Assembly: GCF_001194135.2 (NCBI RefSeq)
Contig: NC_068991.1
Span: 8,359,885-8,423,884, forward strand
Direction of reading: 5' to 3'
Length of the DNA: 64,000 nucleotides
Source: Octopus bimaculoides
Taxonomy: Eukaryota
Position numbers and translations under genes: made by a program. This document shows, piece by piece, positions 1 through 13,136 of this stretch (its first letter is position 1; each line of letters opens with the position of its first letter). A model generated the notes under the pieces. It saw nothing but the letters and a program-made list of their open reading frames with translations. It searched no databases and had not been told where the DNA came from.

Positions 1-1225
1 AAGCTCGGATTCAGTATCTTAAATTTGCTATGTTCCAGGGCAAAAATACAAAATCAATTACCTTAGAAATTTCAATCGACTTTTTATTCTGCCAATAAAA
101 TACTTTTTTTTTTTAAACGATGGTATTTTCTAAGTGTCTTTTTATGAAAGGCATACCTTTCATCTTTTACTTGAGTGAGTCATTGGACTCTGGCCATGTT
201 GGGGCACTACCCTCAAGGATAGAGTTGAACAAATCAACCTACACACTTATTTATTTTTTGTACCTGGTACTTATTCTACCCCGAATTGCCAAGCTGAATA
301 TCTCACATTTTCATGTATAGGAACACTGAAAATTTAGGCTGATGCTCTTTCGGTAAGCTATTGTAGTAGGCTAAGTTCCTGTACTTACCTTAACACAATC
401 GAATTTCACCTCTGACCTCCACTGCCACCTGTATTGTCTATTAATAACAGGAACCAAGTCTACTCAGAGCCTGACCTTCAACATGTGAGATGCAGGGGTA
501 CTTTTCAAGTGTATTTTGGAGGGGAAAAAAGTGCATTTTATGTACCAGAAAATGTATTTTTTTATCTATTATCTTTTCCTGTTATCTGTTATTAGACTGA
601 GGTGCACTGCCTTGAAAAATTTGAGCTGAACGAAATTACTCCAGTACTTATGTTTTAAGCCTGGAACTTATTTTATTGGTTTCTATTATGAAACCACTAA
701 GTTACAGGGATGTAAACAAACAAACATAAGTTGTCAACCGGTGTGGGAGACAAATACAGCCACAAGGACTCACACACACGTATATATGACAGGCTTCTTT
801 CGGAATTCCAAATATCAAGTCTATTCACAAGGTTTCAGTCGATCCAAGGCTATAGTAGAGTACACTTGCCCAAGGTGCCACACACTAAGACTAGACCTGG
901 AACCATGTAGTTGGGAAACAACCTTCTAGCCACACAGCCATGCCAGCACCTATACGAACATAACAAAATCCCGCAAACTATTTTGTCAAATAGCTCCTTC
1001 CTATAACATATACATTATCGTTCAAATGAGAATAAAAATGCTTTTGATGGGGGTGGGGGTGTATTCTATTTTTCCACAGTCCTAGATAAAACCCAAATTG
1101 ATAAAATCTATTCAGAAAGGTCTTCTTGATGGCTTTATTATCTTGTATTCTTATCATCCAATCACCTCATCTTCACTTATGTATATAAGTTTACATATGT
1201 ATGTATATATTCATATATGTATGTT

Positions 1226-1306
<81 letters not shown>

Positions 1307-3641
1307 TTATGTACCTGAAAATACAAGTTTGAACAAATTGACTTCAGGACTTATTTTTCAAAGATTATTACTTATCGTATTGGTCTCTTTGCTGAACTAC
1401 TAAGTTATGTAGATATAAACACACTAACACTGGTTGCCAAGCAGTGATGGGGGATAAACATAGTCACAATGACAGACACAAACACACACACACACACATG
1501 ACAGGCTTCGTTCAGTTTTTGTCTACCAAATCCTCTCACAAGGCTTTGGTCAACCTGGAAATATAGCAGAAGACACTTGTCAAAGGTGCCATGCAGTGGG
1601 ACTGAACCCGGAACTATTTGGTTAGGAAGCAAGCTTCCTACCTCACAGTCATGCCAGCACTTATGTTCTATGTTTTATTTTTGCATTTTTCACAATTTTA
1701 CAATTTATACAACATTACATATTATAAGACAAGTACTTTTATGCTTTCTGCAATCTTCAGGTTTATTTAGTAGCAGTATTAACCAACAGCTATGCTTCGC
1801 AACTGATAACTGTAGTAGAATGCTTGAATTTCTCCTTTAAATACTTCCCAGCAGGCTCCAGCAAGTTGTATCATAAATCTTATGAACTGTATTTTAACCT
1901 ATCAGAGTACTGTTTAGATGTCACAACTTAGTGGGTGTGACCGTATTTTATTCATAAAAACATTTTGACCAATTAGCATGCAGCTTAGCAATTATGCCAA
2001 CACAGTTCATGATCATTGCCAAAGCAGCTGTCTGGCTTCCGCGCCAGTGGCACTTATATAGCACCATTTGAGCGTAATCATTACCAACGTCACCTTCCTG
2101 CCGGTGGCACGTGAAAAGACATTTGAGTGAGGTTGTTGCCAGTGCCGCCAGACTGTGCGTAACTGGTACTTATTTAATCAACCCTGAAAAGATGAAAGGC
2201 TAAGTCGACCTCGGCAGAATTTGAACTCAGAACATAAAGACAGACGAAATACTGCTAAGCATTTCGCCCAGCGTGCTAACGCTTCTGCCAGCTCGCCGCC
2301 ACTCAGTTTCTGGCTACCAAATTCACTCACAAGACATTGAGCAGCCCATGGTTATAGTAGTAGATATTTTCCCCAAGTGCCGTACAGTGGGACTGAATCC
2401 GAGACCATTTGGTTGGAAAGCAAGCTTCTTAACCCCCACAGCTATGCTTGTGCCTGTATGGTGAGATGAGAAGAATAAATAAAAACTGTTGAAATGTATT
2501 ATTTATCGAAGAAATTTTAATACGCAATATAGATAAAAATAAATAAGTTAAATAATTTGTTAAATAGATATAAAAGTCTCCTTGAGTATTTTTACATTTA
2601 TTTTCAGATTTGTATTATTATAATATAATCTGATTGTAACTTGAAGATATCGGAGTACTTTTTAAAATATAGTTTTGTGTAGTTGTTGAATAATCTCAGC
2701 TGCTGTTGTTGTAGTTGCTATTGTTGTATGACTACCTTTAGTCAACCCTGACTGAGCTGACCAGAGGCATGTAAGAGACAAATGAGAGCGACTCACAGAT
2801 CTCTTGTTTCACACACTCCACGTCTCCCATGAACTTCCTGACCATCATGGACTCAGGTCTTCTACTAACACCCACGGACTGACCAAAGAGTTGTGAGTAG
2901 ATTTTGTAAATAGGAAGTGAAAGAAGCTTGTTAATGTGTGTGTGTGTGTCTTTGTGCTTGTGTTTGTCCCCACCACCACTCAACAATAGGTATTGGTTTG
3001 TTTATGTGTGTGCATGTGTGCGTGCACATGCATCAGATACTCTCACTTTGCCTTAGATTCATGTGATAGTTGTAAACGAATGTCACCATCATACAAGCAG
3101 TGTCCTCCATTTCCAGTCTTCTGATCATGGTGAAATATTACCTTACTTGGAAACAGGTGAGGGTTGGCAACAGGAAGGCCATTCAGCTATAGAAAATCTG
3201 CCTCAACAGATTCTGTCCAACCCATGCAAGCATGGAAAAGTGGACATTAAAACAATGATGATGAGGTAGACTCTGGCATGAAGTAGTTAATGATATAGGG
3301 GAACAGCCTGAACATGTGCTCTCCTCACTGTCCACTCTATTTCTGTATACCCATAGACCCAGGTCCTAGTGTTGATCACAACAGAAGGAGCAAGTAATAT
3401 GGAGCTATGTGTGGAGACAGGTAATTGAATATTCTGGCAGTTAGATTATCCACAGATTTAACTAGTGAGATTTCTTGTAGTCATTCCCTCTACTGCTGTA
3501 AGAGACAATGTTCCCTATTAAATTCTCATCCATGCTGGAAATGTGGATTATGTTAAAATGGTTTTAAATAGGGGGATTGATATTTTCCTGTGTCCTTGGT
3601 TCAAATTTCCTGTATGTCCTACTATTTGACACTTTTAGAAT

Positions 3642-4670
3642 TCATTTTAAGTAAGACAGATCATTGTTATGAGTTTGTACACATTGGGGTGGATATATAT
3701 CCTCAATCTTATATAAAATGTCTTCATTCAGAGTGGGGGATCCCTCAACGGGTTGTAGATATAATATTTTGTCCATGTTTTGATTGCAGCAATTAGTTTT
3801 CCTCCAAATGAAATCAGTGTTCTCCAACTGCATGTTATTTACAGGTGCAGTCCCAAAATTAAAGTTGCTATTTCTGTCAAGAAATCCATGACTGCTTATA
3901 TTAATATAAGTGCCATAGTTGATGTTGCTGTTTAGTCTTGGAAAAGCATTAAAATCAATGTTGTTAGTGAAGCTGGTACCATTACTTACATCAAGAGGTG
4001 CACCAAAGTCAATGTTGCTATATATATCAGTAAGTATATCATCCTGTTTGATGTTGTTATTTACATAAAATGATGAACCAAGATTTGTGTTGTCATTTGC
4101 AAAAGACGATGTTTGGGAGTTCTCATTATCACTCCAGTCAAAAGCAGTCTCAGAACCAGCAGAATCATAACAAGGTAGACTATGCTGTGAACCAGACATA
4201 ACACTGGAAGGAGACATGTTTGAAGTGTCTGTGCAGCTATTGAAATTTCCACTGTTATGCAGATTATTTGATCCAGGGAAGCAATAAAAACCATTAAAGT
4301 TTGAAGAAATTTTAGATTGATCATATTTTTGATCAGGAACATTTACAGAAGAGGTTGCTTCAAAGGAAGCTGATGGATAATAAATTGGCTGTTGATAAGT
4401 ATTCAATGTATTTGTATGTGCGGGTGTGTTATTGATAGGATTATCAATCATGTGATTTCCTTCGTATGTTTCCTTTTGGTGATATGTTTGCATTATCCAG
4501 TTCTGAGTAATATCCCTGAAGCTAGAATGGCCGTAAAGTTCATTGTAGTTGATGTCTCTAACTTCATCTGTGACATTAGACAATAGCTTTTCCATATTTT
4601 GTTTCATATCTGTAAGTTTCCTTACAATACTTTTTAACATTATTTGTTTTTTTTCTTCTTCGAAGAGATT
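3642..4670 (-). CDS. ATF3/Fos-like bZIP, coding exon 3 (leucine zipper + ~300-aa N/S-rich tail + stop)
   Basis: Acceptor tcaatttcag| at 4672-4671, phase 0. Reads NLFEEEKKQIMLKSIVRKLTDMKQNMEKLL..., in frame with the supplied 332-aa ORF 3642-4640; stop at 3642. Confidence 0.85.
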   Translation of the reverse strand, partial: NLFEEEKKQIMLKSIVRKLTDMKQNMEKLLSNVTDEVRDINYNELYGHSSFRDITQNWIMQTYHQKETYEGNHMIDNPINNTPAHTNTLNTYQQPIYYPSASFEATSSVNVPDQKYDQSKISSNFNGFYCFPGSNNLHNSGNFNSCTDTSNMSPSSVMSGSQHSLPCYDSAGSETAFDWSDNENSQTSSFANDNTNLGSSFYVNNNIKQDDILTDIYSNIDFGAPLDVSNGTSFTNNIDFNAFPRLNSNINYGTYINISSHGFLDRNSNFNFGTAPVNNMQLENTDFIWRKTNCCNQNMDKILYLQPVEGSPTLNEDILYKIEDIYPPQCVQTHNNDLSYLK

Positions 4671-5252
4671 CTGAAATTGATAAAAGAAAGAAAATTAAAA
4701 TCCAGGTTTTTATTCAGCATTTCAGAAAGTTTAGTATATAAAACATGAGAGGTTACAATATGTTGTCTGTTTATGTTTTATAAGTCTTCTCCATTACATG
4801 GACCACTTTGACTGGCAATTTTATTGTAAGCAGGAATCTTTCAGAGAGATATTCTTCCCATTGTGTATGTTACCTATGAGTTTGCAAATGGTGATGTATG
4901 GACTTTGACAGGGATGTATAACTGATTGATTGATTATTAATGAACTGATCAATCAAAGAATTGAATAGCTCATTGGTTAAATAGTTGACCAATTAACAAA
5001 TAATAAAGAAATGAAATAGACCCAGTGTGTGTATGTTTATCATTGGCCCAATGACCCTCCCTAGATGCAACAAAGTCTCATATAATATTCTTCCGTCTAA
5101 ATGATGACACTAGCACCATCTCAAAACATTGCCCCAAACTAACATACCAGCGAGTAATTGAAATACAAATAATGTAATATATAGCTCAAGATATTCCTCT
5201 GACAAGTATAGAGGTTAACCCACACAGTATTAGTAAAGTATCGACTACTTAC

Positions 5253-5360
5253 AGCTTGAGAAAGCCTTTCTTCCCATTTTTTCTTGTTGCGACATCTAGC
5301 AGCTGCTCTCCGGTTCTGTTCTCGGCGTTTCTCTTTCTTTATCTCTTCATCAGGTCTCAA
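5253..5360 (-). CDS. ATF3/Fos-like bZIP, coding exon 2 (basic DNA-binding region)
   Basis: 108-bp phase 0-0 exon (gtgaacag| ... GCT|gtaagt) encoding LRPDEEIKKEKRREQNRRAAARCRNKKKWEERLSQA. Has the invariant N-x7-R. The 36-codon length and boundaries match the basic-region exon of vertebrate FOS/ATF3. Confidence 0.9.
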
Positions 5361-5969
5361 CTGTTCACAAAGACAAAGCAGTCATCATTAACATTCAGAA
5401 TAAATCCCCTCTTCCACCACCAACTTCATTATTTTCATTATTCGCTTCACGTGTCATACGCATGCTTACACATTCCGTCATTCTTTTATTCCTTATATCA
5501 TCATCATCATCATCATCGTTTAACGTCCGCTTTCCATGCTAGCATGGGTTATATATATCCCTGGACTGGCTCTTGTGCAGGTGGCACATAAGATGTACCA
5601 TCCTGAGCGTGACCGTTGCCAGTACCGCCTGACTGGCCTGGTAGGGTTTTCGAGCAAGATCGTTGCCAGTGCCCCTGGACTGGCTCTTGTGTGGGTGGTA
5701 CATAAAAGACACCATTTCAAGCGTGGCCGTTTTCGTGCGGGTGACACGTAAAAGCACCCNNNNNNNNNNNNNNNNNNNNNNNNNNNNNNNNNNNNNNNNN
5801 NNNNNNNNNNNNNNNNNNNNNNNNNNNNNNNNNNNNNNNNNNNNNNNNNNNNNNNNNNNNNNNNNNNNNNNNNNNNNNNNNNNNNNNNNNNNNNNNNNNN
5901 NNNNNNNNNNNNNNNNNNNNNNNNNNNNNNNNNNNNNNNNNNNNNNNNNNNNNNNNNNNNNNNNNNNNN

Positions 5970-6032
<63 letters not shown>

Positions 6033-6034
6033 TG

Positions 6035-6074
<40 letters not shown>

Positions 6075-6303
6075 AAAACGGACAGACAGACATAAACACA
6101 CACATACACAACAGGCTTCTTTCAGTTTCTGTCTCCCAGTTTCACTCATAAGGTATTAGTCAGTCCTGTGGTTAGAGTAGAGCATGCCACCAGACAGTAT
6201 CCATACTGTGGTATCCGGCAGGTTTGAAGATAAAACAGGTAGATTATTTTGGCCAGATATGGCCAGTTTAAATGCTAAAGGGTTAACAGGTAGTAAAACT
6301 CAC

Positions 6304-6474
6304 TTGATATTTTTTCTCTCCAGTAAATGTAGTATTAATCGGGTTCAGCCCATTGGCATGTCTTTTATTCAGGATATTAAGCTTCAAATACTGCTTGGTC
6401 ATAGGACTAGCAGAATTCTGCAGCTGACATTGTTTTAGGCATTCTTCAATCTCCGGATCAAGTCTTGTATACAT
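6304..6474 (-). CDS. ATF3/Fos-like bZIP, coding exon 1
   Basis: Strong acceptor (ttttttctttccttctttaaattag|) at 6481, then caaaATG at 6474; donor CAA|gtgagt, phase 0. SPMTKQYLKLNILNKRHANG resembles the ATF3 N-terminal motif TPFVKEELRFAIQNK. Confidence 0.8.
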
Positions 6475-7689
6475 TTTGACCTAATTTAAAGAAGGAAAGA
6501 AAAAAAGCTGAATATATATATATATATATATATCAACCACAGATAATTCAAAAAGAAAGAAAATGAATAATTTCAAATGTCATTCATATTGATTTTCTTT
6601 CATTTACAATCGGGCATTGTCATGAGGCTGGAAGAAATGCTGCCAGGCATTTTGTCCGAAGCACTGATAATTCTATAAACTTTTGAATTTATTGGAAGTC
6701 ATTGGCAATCTAGCATGATATTTGGAGCTAGGGTTACCATGTGAAAACTATTTTAAAGGTTGTTCAGGTTTTACATTTTGGGGGATTAAATGGGAAATAT
6801 TTGTTTTAAGGAGGTTTAGTAACACAGTTTTAAAACTTTGTTGACGTGTTTAGATGTTACTAGAAATGCATTGAGAAATAACTAGATAGTGTAGATAGAG
6901 TGGTTTGTGTCAAATTCCGCATGAACTCTCATTGTAATTTTACAATCTACGTCTACTTATCAACTAAGAGCAATGTTCATTATTACATTGTATGAAGTTC
7001 AAAATATCATTTAATTTCACTTTGTTTAACAATTATGTGGAGGAAAAATATATTCACTTTCAACTGTTTTGTTGCCAGTATTTCTAAAGAGAGAACATGC
7101 TAAAACTGATGCCTTCACATGGAATTTTTTTACCGAAAAAACTATGGTAAATTTATTCATTTTCTTTTTTGATTTCATTGCATGATCTTTCATCTTTTAT
7201 CTTTTACTTGTTTCAGTCATTGGACTGTGGCCAAGTTATGGAGACTGTTATGGAGACTGTGGCCAAGTTATGGAGACATAAACAAACCAACACAGTTTGC
7301 CATGTGGTAGTGAGGGGCGGGCAAACATAAACACAAAGACACACGCAATATATATCTATATATATATCTATATATATATATATCTATCTATATATATATA
7401 TATATATACACACACATACATACATACATATATATATANNNNNNNNNNNNNNNNNNNNNNNNNNNNNNNNNNNNNNNNNNNNNNNNNNNNNNNNNNNNNN
7501 NNNNNNNNNNNNNNNNNNNNNNNNNNNNNNNNNNNNNNNNNNNNNNNNNNNNNNNNNNNNNNNNNNNNNNNNNNNNNNNNNNNNNNNNNNNNNNNNNNNN
7601 NNNNNNNNNNNNNNNNNNNNNNNNNNNNNNNNNNNNNNNNNNNNNNNNNNNNNNNNNNNNNNNNNNNNNNNNNNNNNNNNNNNNNNNNN

Positions 7690-7738
<49 letters not shown>

Positions 7739-9514
7739 TATATATGCATATATATATCAATGATTGCTTGCAGAATGCAAACTCTTTCCAGAGAGACCTT
7801 TTCAGAACCTCGAAATATCAATGAAGAACAGTTTAGATGGAGGAAAGAAAGAAAGACGAAATGATGACCAGATAGCCACAGACAGACAGACAGAAAAGAG
7901 GTACATTCCATTTATGGAAAGTAAAGTGTGAAACCAATTCTTATGCTAGAGAAACAAAATAATTGTCTTCTAAGTCTGAGCAGTCAACAATATGACGGAA
8001 TTATAAATTGAAACCAACTAAAAGAAGTATGTTAGTTATTGGGTGAGGGTAAATAACTTTGTTGTGTAGTGTAAGCAATATTAATGAGACTGAGAAGGTT
8101 GAAAATAAAATAAGTGGGATTAAAATATATTTATGAATTTGTTCTGCAAGGTTCTTGATGTGAAATCGTGTGTTGCAACAGATATTGTTATAAAGTTAAA
8201 GAAGTGATTTAAAAATTCTCAATCGCAGGATAATGCTAATAATATAGCCTGAACAGGATAAACTACCCCTATTTTGCAGAAAAAAGTGTTGGAAAGGAAA
8301 GGGGCGAAGGCATGAGTGAGAAAGAGAGAGTTAGAAGTATTGCAATGGGACACGGGGGAAAACAACACTCACACATAGGGGTGCGAGTGTTGATAGATAA
8401 TGTAAAATTCAAAATGGAAAATGGAAAGGATTAACAGAAAGGGACAAGGGACAAATGAACTTGGAAATCCCCTTTATTGGCCATTCTAAAGAAAGACAGG
8501 TTCGGTTAACTAGCTAATGATTGGAAATGAGTAACTCTGAGTATTGGAAATCGGAGCCTTTCAGTTATAATCTATTAAAGAATACTCTGCATTTGTATTG
8601 AGTCCTGTAATTTATTGCTTCTGGTGAATCGACACACACACACACACACACACGTACAATTATCTGCCGACAAAAGTAGATAAGAGATAAAGCTTTAGGT
8701 AATGACAATGACATTAAATATATAAAAGATAAGATGTACTTCCCATATATTGACTAAAGTTTCTATTGTTTATGAATCCTATGTATGTATGTATGTTTGT
8801 GTGTCTGTATGTATTTATTTATGTATGATTCTGTGTGTGTATATATAAATGTATCTATGTTTGTACTTATAAATGTAGGTGTGTATGTGTGTCTGTATCT
8901 GCATGCACACATGTGTATATTTATACATGTGTAATGTATGTTTAGACACAGCTTGGGCACTCAGTTAAGAAGTTTGCTTTGCACTCACAAGATCCCAGGT
9001 TCAATCCATTACATGACATCTTCAGAAAGTATTATTCCTTTCATAACCTTGGGTAAATCTAAGCCTTGTGAGAGACATAATGTTGATAAAAACTGAATGG
9101 AAAATCTGTTCAATGAATTGTACCTATAGTCAAGGGGTTCTCACCCATAGACCCCTTTGATTACTATTTTATTCTAGTAGACCCCTCCCCATTTGCATTT
9201 GTTGTTTAAAAACTAGTTTTATAGAAACTTCTTTCAAAATTCCTATTTTGTTTCTCACACATTCACTTGTGTTAGTTGTTGCATTATGTAAAATGCTAGA
9301 GAAAGAAACCAAGTTATTTCTTGCAATACATACATCTGAAGCAATTTTTTTTTCAAGAACCCTTAAAATACTATTGTGGACACTCAATTTAAATTTTGTT
9401 GTGTGGAACCCCCAAAATCTTTTATGGACTCTGGTTGAAAACCACCACTTTAGTCCAATAGCCCAACCTTGTCAGACACTGTGTCAGGCTGATTTTGTCC
9501 ATGGATTACATTAA

Positions 9515-9734
9515 CCCTTTCGTTACCAACCCACCTGAAACCAGCTCTGGCTCTGAGTACAAATGTCTTGTTTTCGTAAGTTTTGAATTAAAATCTTCCA
9601 CCAAACTTTAGTTACAATTTATGTTCCTAACACTAGCTGAATGATAACTAAGTTATTTTACTTAATTCTTTGTTATATTTAAAATAATTGAAAGAAACAC
9701 AGAGCATCTCAGAAGAAATATGGTAATGAAAGGG
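9515..9734. mobile_element. piggyBac-type MITE
   Basis: TTAA on both sides; TIRs CCCTTTCGTTACCA / TGGTAATGAAAGGG (13/14). Related copies at 24946-25151, ~43230-43350 and ~46400-46570. Confidence 0.85.
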
Positions 9735-10083
9735 TTAAGGATACTCATGTCTATGGAATACTCAACCAGAAGTTCATTTGATGAAACAGATGAATAATTA
9801 TCTTTGAAGCCGACTGAGATTCATTTACTGGTTTTTTTTTTATGTAGGTATATTTGTATTCTTTTATTCTTATATTTGTTTCGGTCATTTGACTTCGGCC
9901 ATGCTGGAGCACCACCTTTAGTCAAACAAATCGACCCTAGGACTTACTCTTTGTAAGCCTAGTACTTATTCTATCAGTCTCAATTGCTGAACCGCTAAGT
10001 AACAGGGATGTAAACACACTAACATCAGTTGTCAAGCGATGATGGGGCGACAAACACAGACACACAAACATATATATACACAG

Positions 10084-10124
<41 letters not shown>

Positions 10125-11407
10125 CATATATATATGATGGGCTTCTTTCAGTTTCCATCTACCAAATCCACTCACAAGGCTTTGGTCGGCTCGAGGCTTT
10201 AGCAGAAGACACTTGCCCAAGGTGCCATGATGCAATCTTTGGCCCCATCAGATCCTGTCACACTATCTAACCTATACCGGCATTAAAAGATAATGCTGAT
10301 GACGATGATGATGATGATGATATTACTTTTACTGAGGAGCAAAATTGCTTTACTGTATTCCCACTCTAATGGGAATACAGCATAACAGGATTAATAAAAG
10401 TACAAATCTCTGCTGGATTCCTGGTAAAGCACTAATAAAAAGCACACGTAGAAAAGGAAGATGCAGCTAATTCTGTCCATTAGTTTGCCTGAAATCGTTG
10501 CGCTTGAGCTTCATATGCTGTTATATATTGCTTGCTCGGTAGCCCAGGTGTGGGGTAAAGTTAGACATAGGGGCCCAGGTCCAAGAGGGTTAAGTTACTA
10601 TTTGCTTTCAGACAAATGCTAACTTGCATCTTTACCCATGTACATAAATGTGTGTGTGTGTGTGTGTGTTTGCATTTGGTGTGCATACACAGATGTGCAT
10701 ATATCCTTTTTGTAAGTGGAAATAAAAATTTGCTCATATTTGATGGTGAATTGTAAGTCGATACAACAAAAATGACAGATTCAAATGAAGAAACTTAAAT
10801 AACAATAAATTTTCACAAACTGAAATGCATTATGAAACATTCATTATGAAGAGATGATATAACATATTTCATATATTGTGTCACATACTTCATAAAATAT
10901 ATAACAACTTACCATAGAATCCTTCATTCTTTTATTTTAAAACCACCATAAAAAGAATTATGTATTTATTATAAGATATTTTGTGGGTTTACCATAAAAC
11001 ATTTTATAAATTGTACATAAAATTTGGTTTTATTATACATTGGACATGAGCAAGAGATATGTTTTCCTCTTAAAATGAATGATGGTATATTTTATGAACT
11101 ATGGACTGACCATACAACTGTTATAGGTTTCTTTTTGGATTGACTACAAAATGTCATGTTGTCTGAAGGAATACTTATTTTAGTCACAATAAGATGATGA
11201 ATTCACTACAGAATGACTATAAAAATGCTTATGAATTAACTTATGAAATATCCATCAAAATGATTGTTGAGATTATTGTTTACTTGGAAATTATTTCGTT
11301 TTGATCTTTTTGGCTGAGAAATATCAGACACTAATGCAAAATATACAAACTGTTGACTTTACATGTGGATTTTTGGAACATATTTTGTTAAACATGTAAA
11401 CACTTAC

Positions 11408-11465
11408 AGATATATTTCCAAAATTTTGTTGCTTGTCTCTGTCCACGACTTCCTGTGAAATGAAT
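11408..11465 (-). other. Predicted non-coding first exon of the bZIP gene
   Basis: Donor TCT|gtaagtg at 11407. Inr-like TACATT/TCATTT at 11467-11458, about 31-35 nt downstream of TATATAA. The next exon has an acceptor before its ATG, so an upstream exon is required. Confidence 0.5.
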
Positions 11466-11488
11466 GTAAATAAACAAATGCACATGTA

Positions 11489-11566
11489 ATTATATACAAA
11501 TATTTATAAAAATTCCAAGAGGTGAGTCAGAGGAAAACACGTGTGATAATTTGTTGATGATGTCAT
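11489..11566 (-). promoter_or_regulatory. Predicted core promoter of the bZIP gene
   Basis: TATATAAT (11496-11489), TATAAATA (11508-11501), AP-1 TGAGTCA (11523-11529), E-box CACGTG (11538-11543) and CRE-like ATGATGTCAT (11557-11566), all within 80 bp of repeat-free DNA. Confidence 0.5.
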
Positions 11567-13136
11567 TATTGATAACACTGATTTAACGAGTGGAGTGTGG
11601 TGATTGTGGGGATGTGGAGGGTGTAATAATTGAACACCAAAATAATTTTTATTTATCTAATTTTTATTAATTAATTTTGTTCTGCTCAGATTTTTCATCA
11701 ATTTAGCGTCAATGAAATAACTACCAGTTGAGCATAGGGGTCGATATAATCAGCTAGCTCCCTGTCCCCTAAAATATTTCAGGCATTGTACCTACAGTAG
11801 AAAGGGTTATTTATTTATTTTCATTCATATGCAGTCCATAGTCTTTATAGCCTATGAGATCTTAATATAATTGAGGCATTAACCTAACTAATATTCAGCT
11901 TTACCCCTTTACAGGCCAGTAAGGCAGACATGTGAAGGTCCATGGTATAGTGGGCAAGGTATTGCATTCATGACCGCAAGGTTGTGGGTTCAATTCTCAG
12001 ACTGGGCACTGTGTTGTGTTCTTGAAATTAAAACACTTCATTTCACATTGCTCTATGATCATGTCAACATCTGATGAGTGACACAGTGTGCATCTGTGCA
12101 GGGAATGTCAGTTTGATGGAAGGAGAGATAGCTAATGTACAGCATTTAACCTTTGAGCACTTCAAACGAATCATCTGTGCAGGTTTGTTCCGCAAAAGAT
12201 GTGATTAAACATGGAGAGTTTGAGAGAGTTGTAGTTATTGAGATGAGATGAAATATTTGACACAGGGTCTAGTATAAGTCTGGAGGTCAAGAGAAAAATA
12301 GAAAAGTGTATGTATATGTGTGTATGTATATATATATATATATATATCAAAAGGATGTGTTATAATATTATTCCACAGCCATACCAACAATCCAACATAC
12401 CTCCATCATCAGCTGCCCCATGAATCTCATTATGTTTTCGACACCTGGGCAGTACCATTCAATCTGGCCTGGCGGTGTCAAAAGCACTAAAATAAGTGTT
12501 GTTTGGGAGCAAGCATACCAAATAAACCACAACTTTCAAACACATTTACCCTATGTACAACCGTACTGGTAAATAAATTCAATAAGTAAATTACGAGCAA
12601 CTCCTAAATACGTAACTAAACAGCGACAAATCTGTTATGAAGTGACAAAGTCATAACATGGGAAGAATTGAATCAATTACATCAACCTGGCGGAATTGCT
12701 TGCAAGCTGGACGAAATGCTTAGCAGTATTTCACCCATTACTATGTTCCATGTTCAAATCCTGCCAAGGTCGACTATTCAACTGTTACTTATTTGATCAT
12801 CCCCTAAAAAGATAAAAAGCAAAGAAGACCTTGGTGGCGTTTGAATCCAGAGTATAAAACCAGAAGAAATGCTGCAAATACTGTCCAGCTCACTAACGAT
12901 TCTGCTGGCTCACAGCCTTCTTAATAATTATAATGATGGTTTCAAATTTTGGCACAAGGCCAGCAATTTTAGGGGTTGGAGTAAGTTGATTACATTGATC
13001 CCAGTTGTCAACTGATACTTATTTTATTAACCCTGAAAAGATGAAAGCAGCATCTGAACTCACAATGTAAAAAGGGAGGAAATGTTGCTAAGCATTTTGT
13101 GCAGTGCACTAACGATTCTGCCAGCTGGTTGCCTTC

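Noticed and set aside
5520-7911. Long ORFs with poly-IY/YI and X runs
   Set aside because: Translations of (AT)n microsatellites across N gaps.
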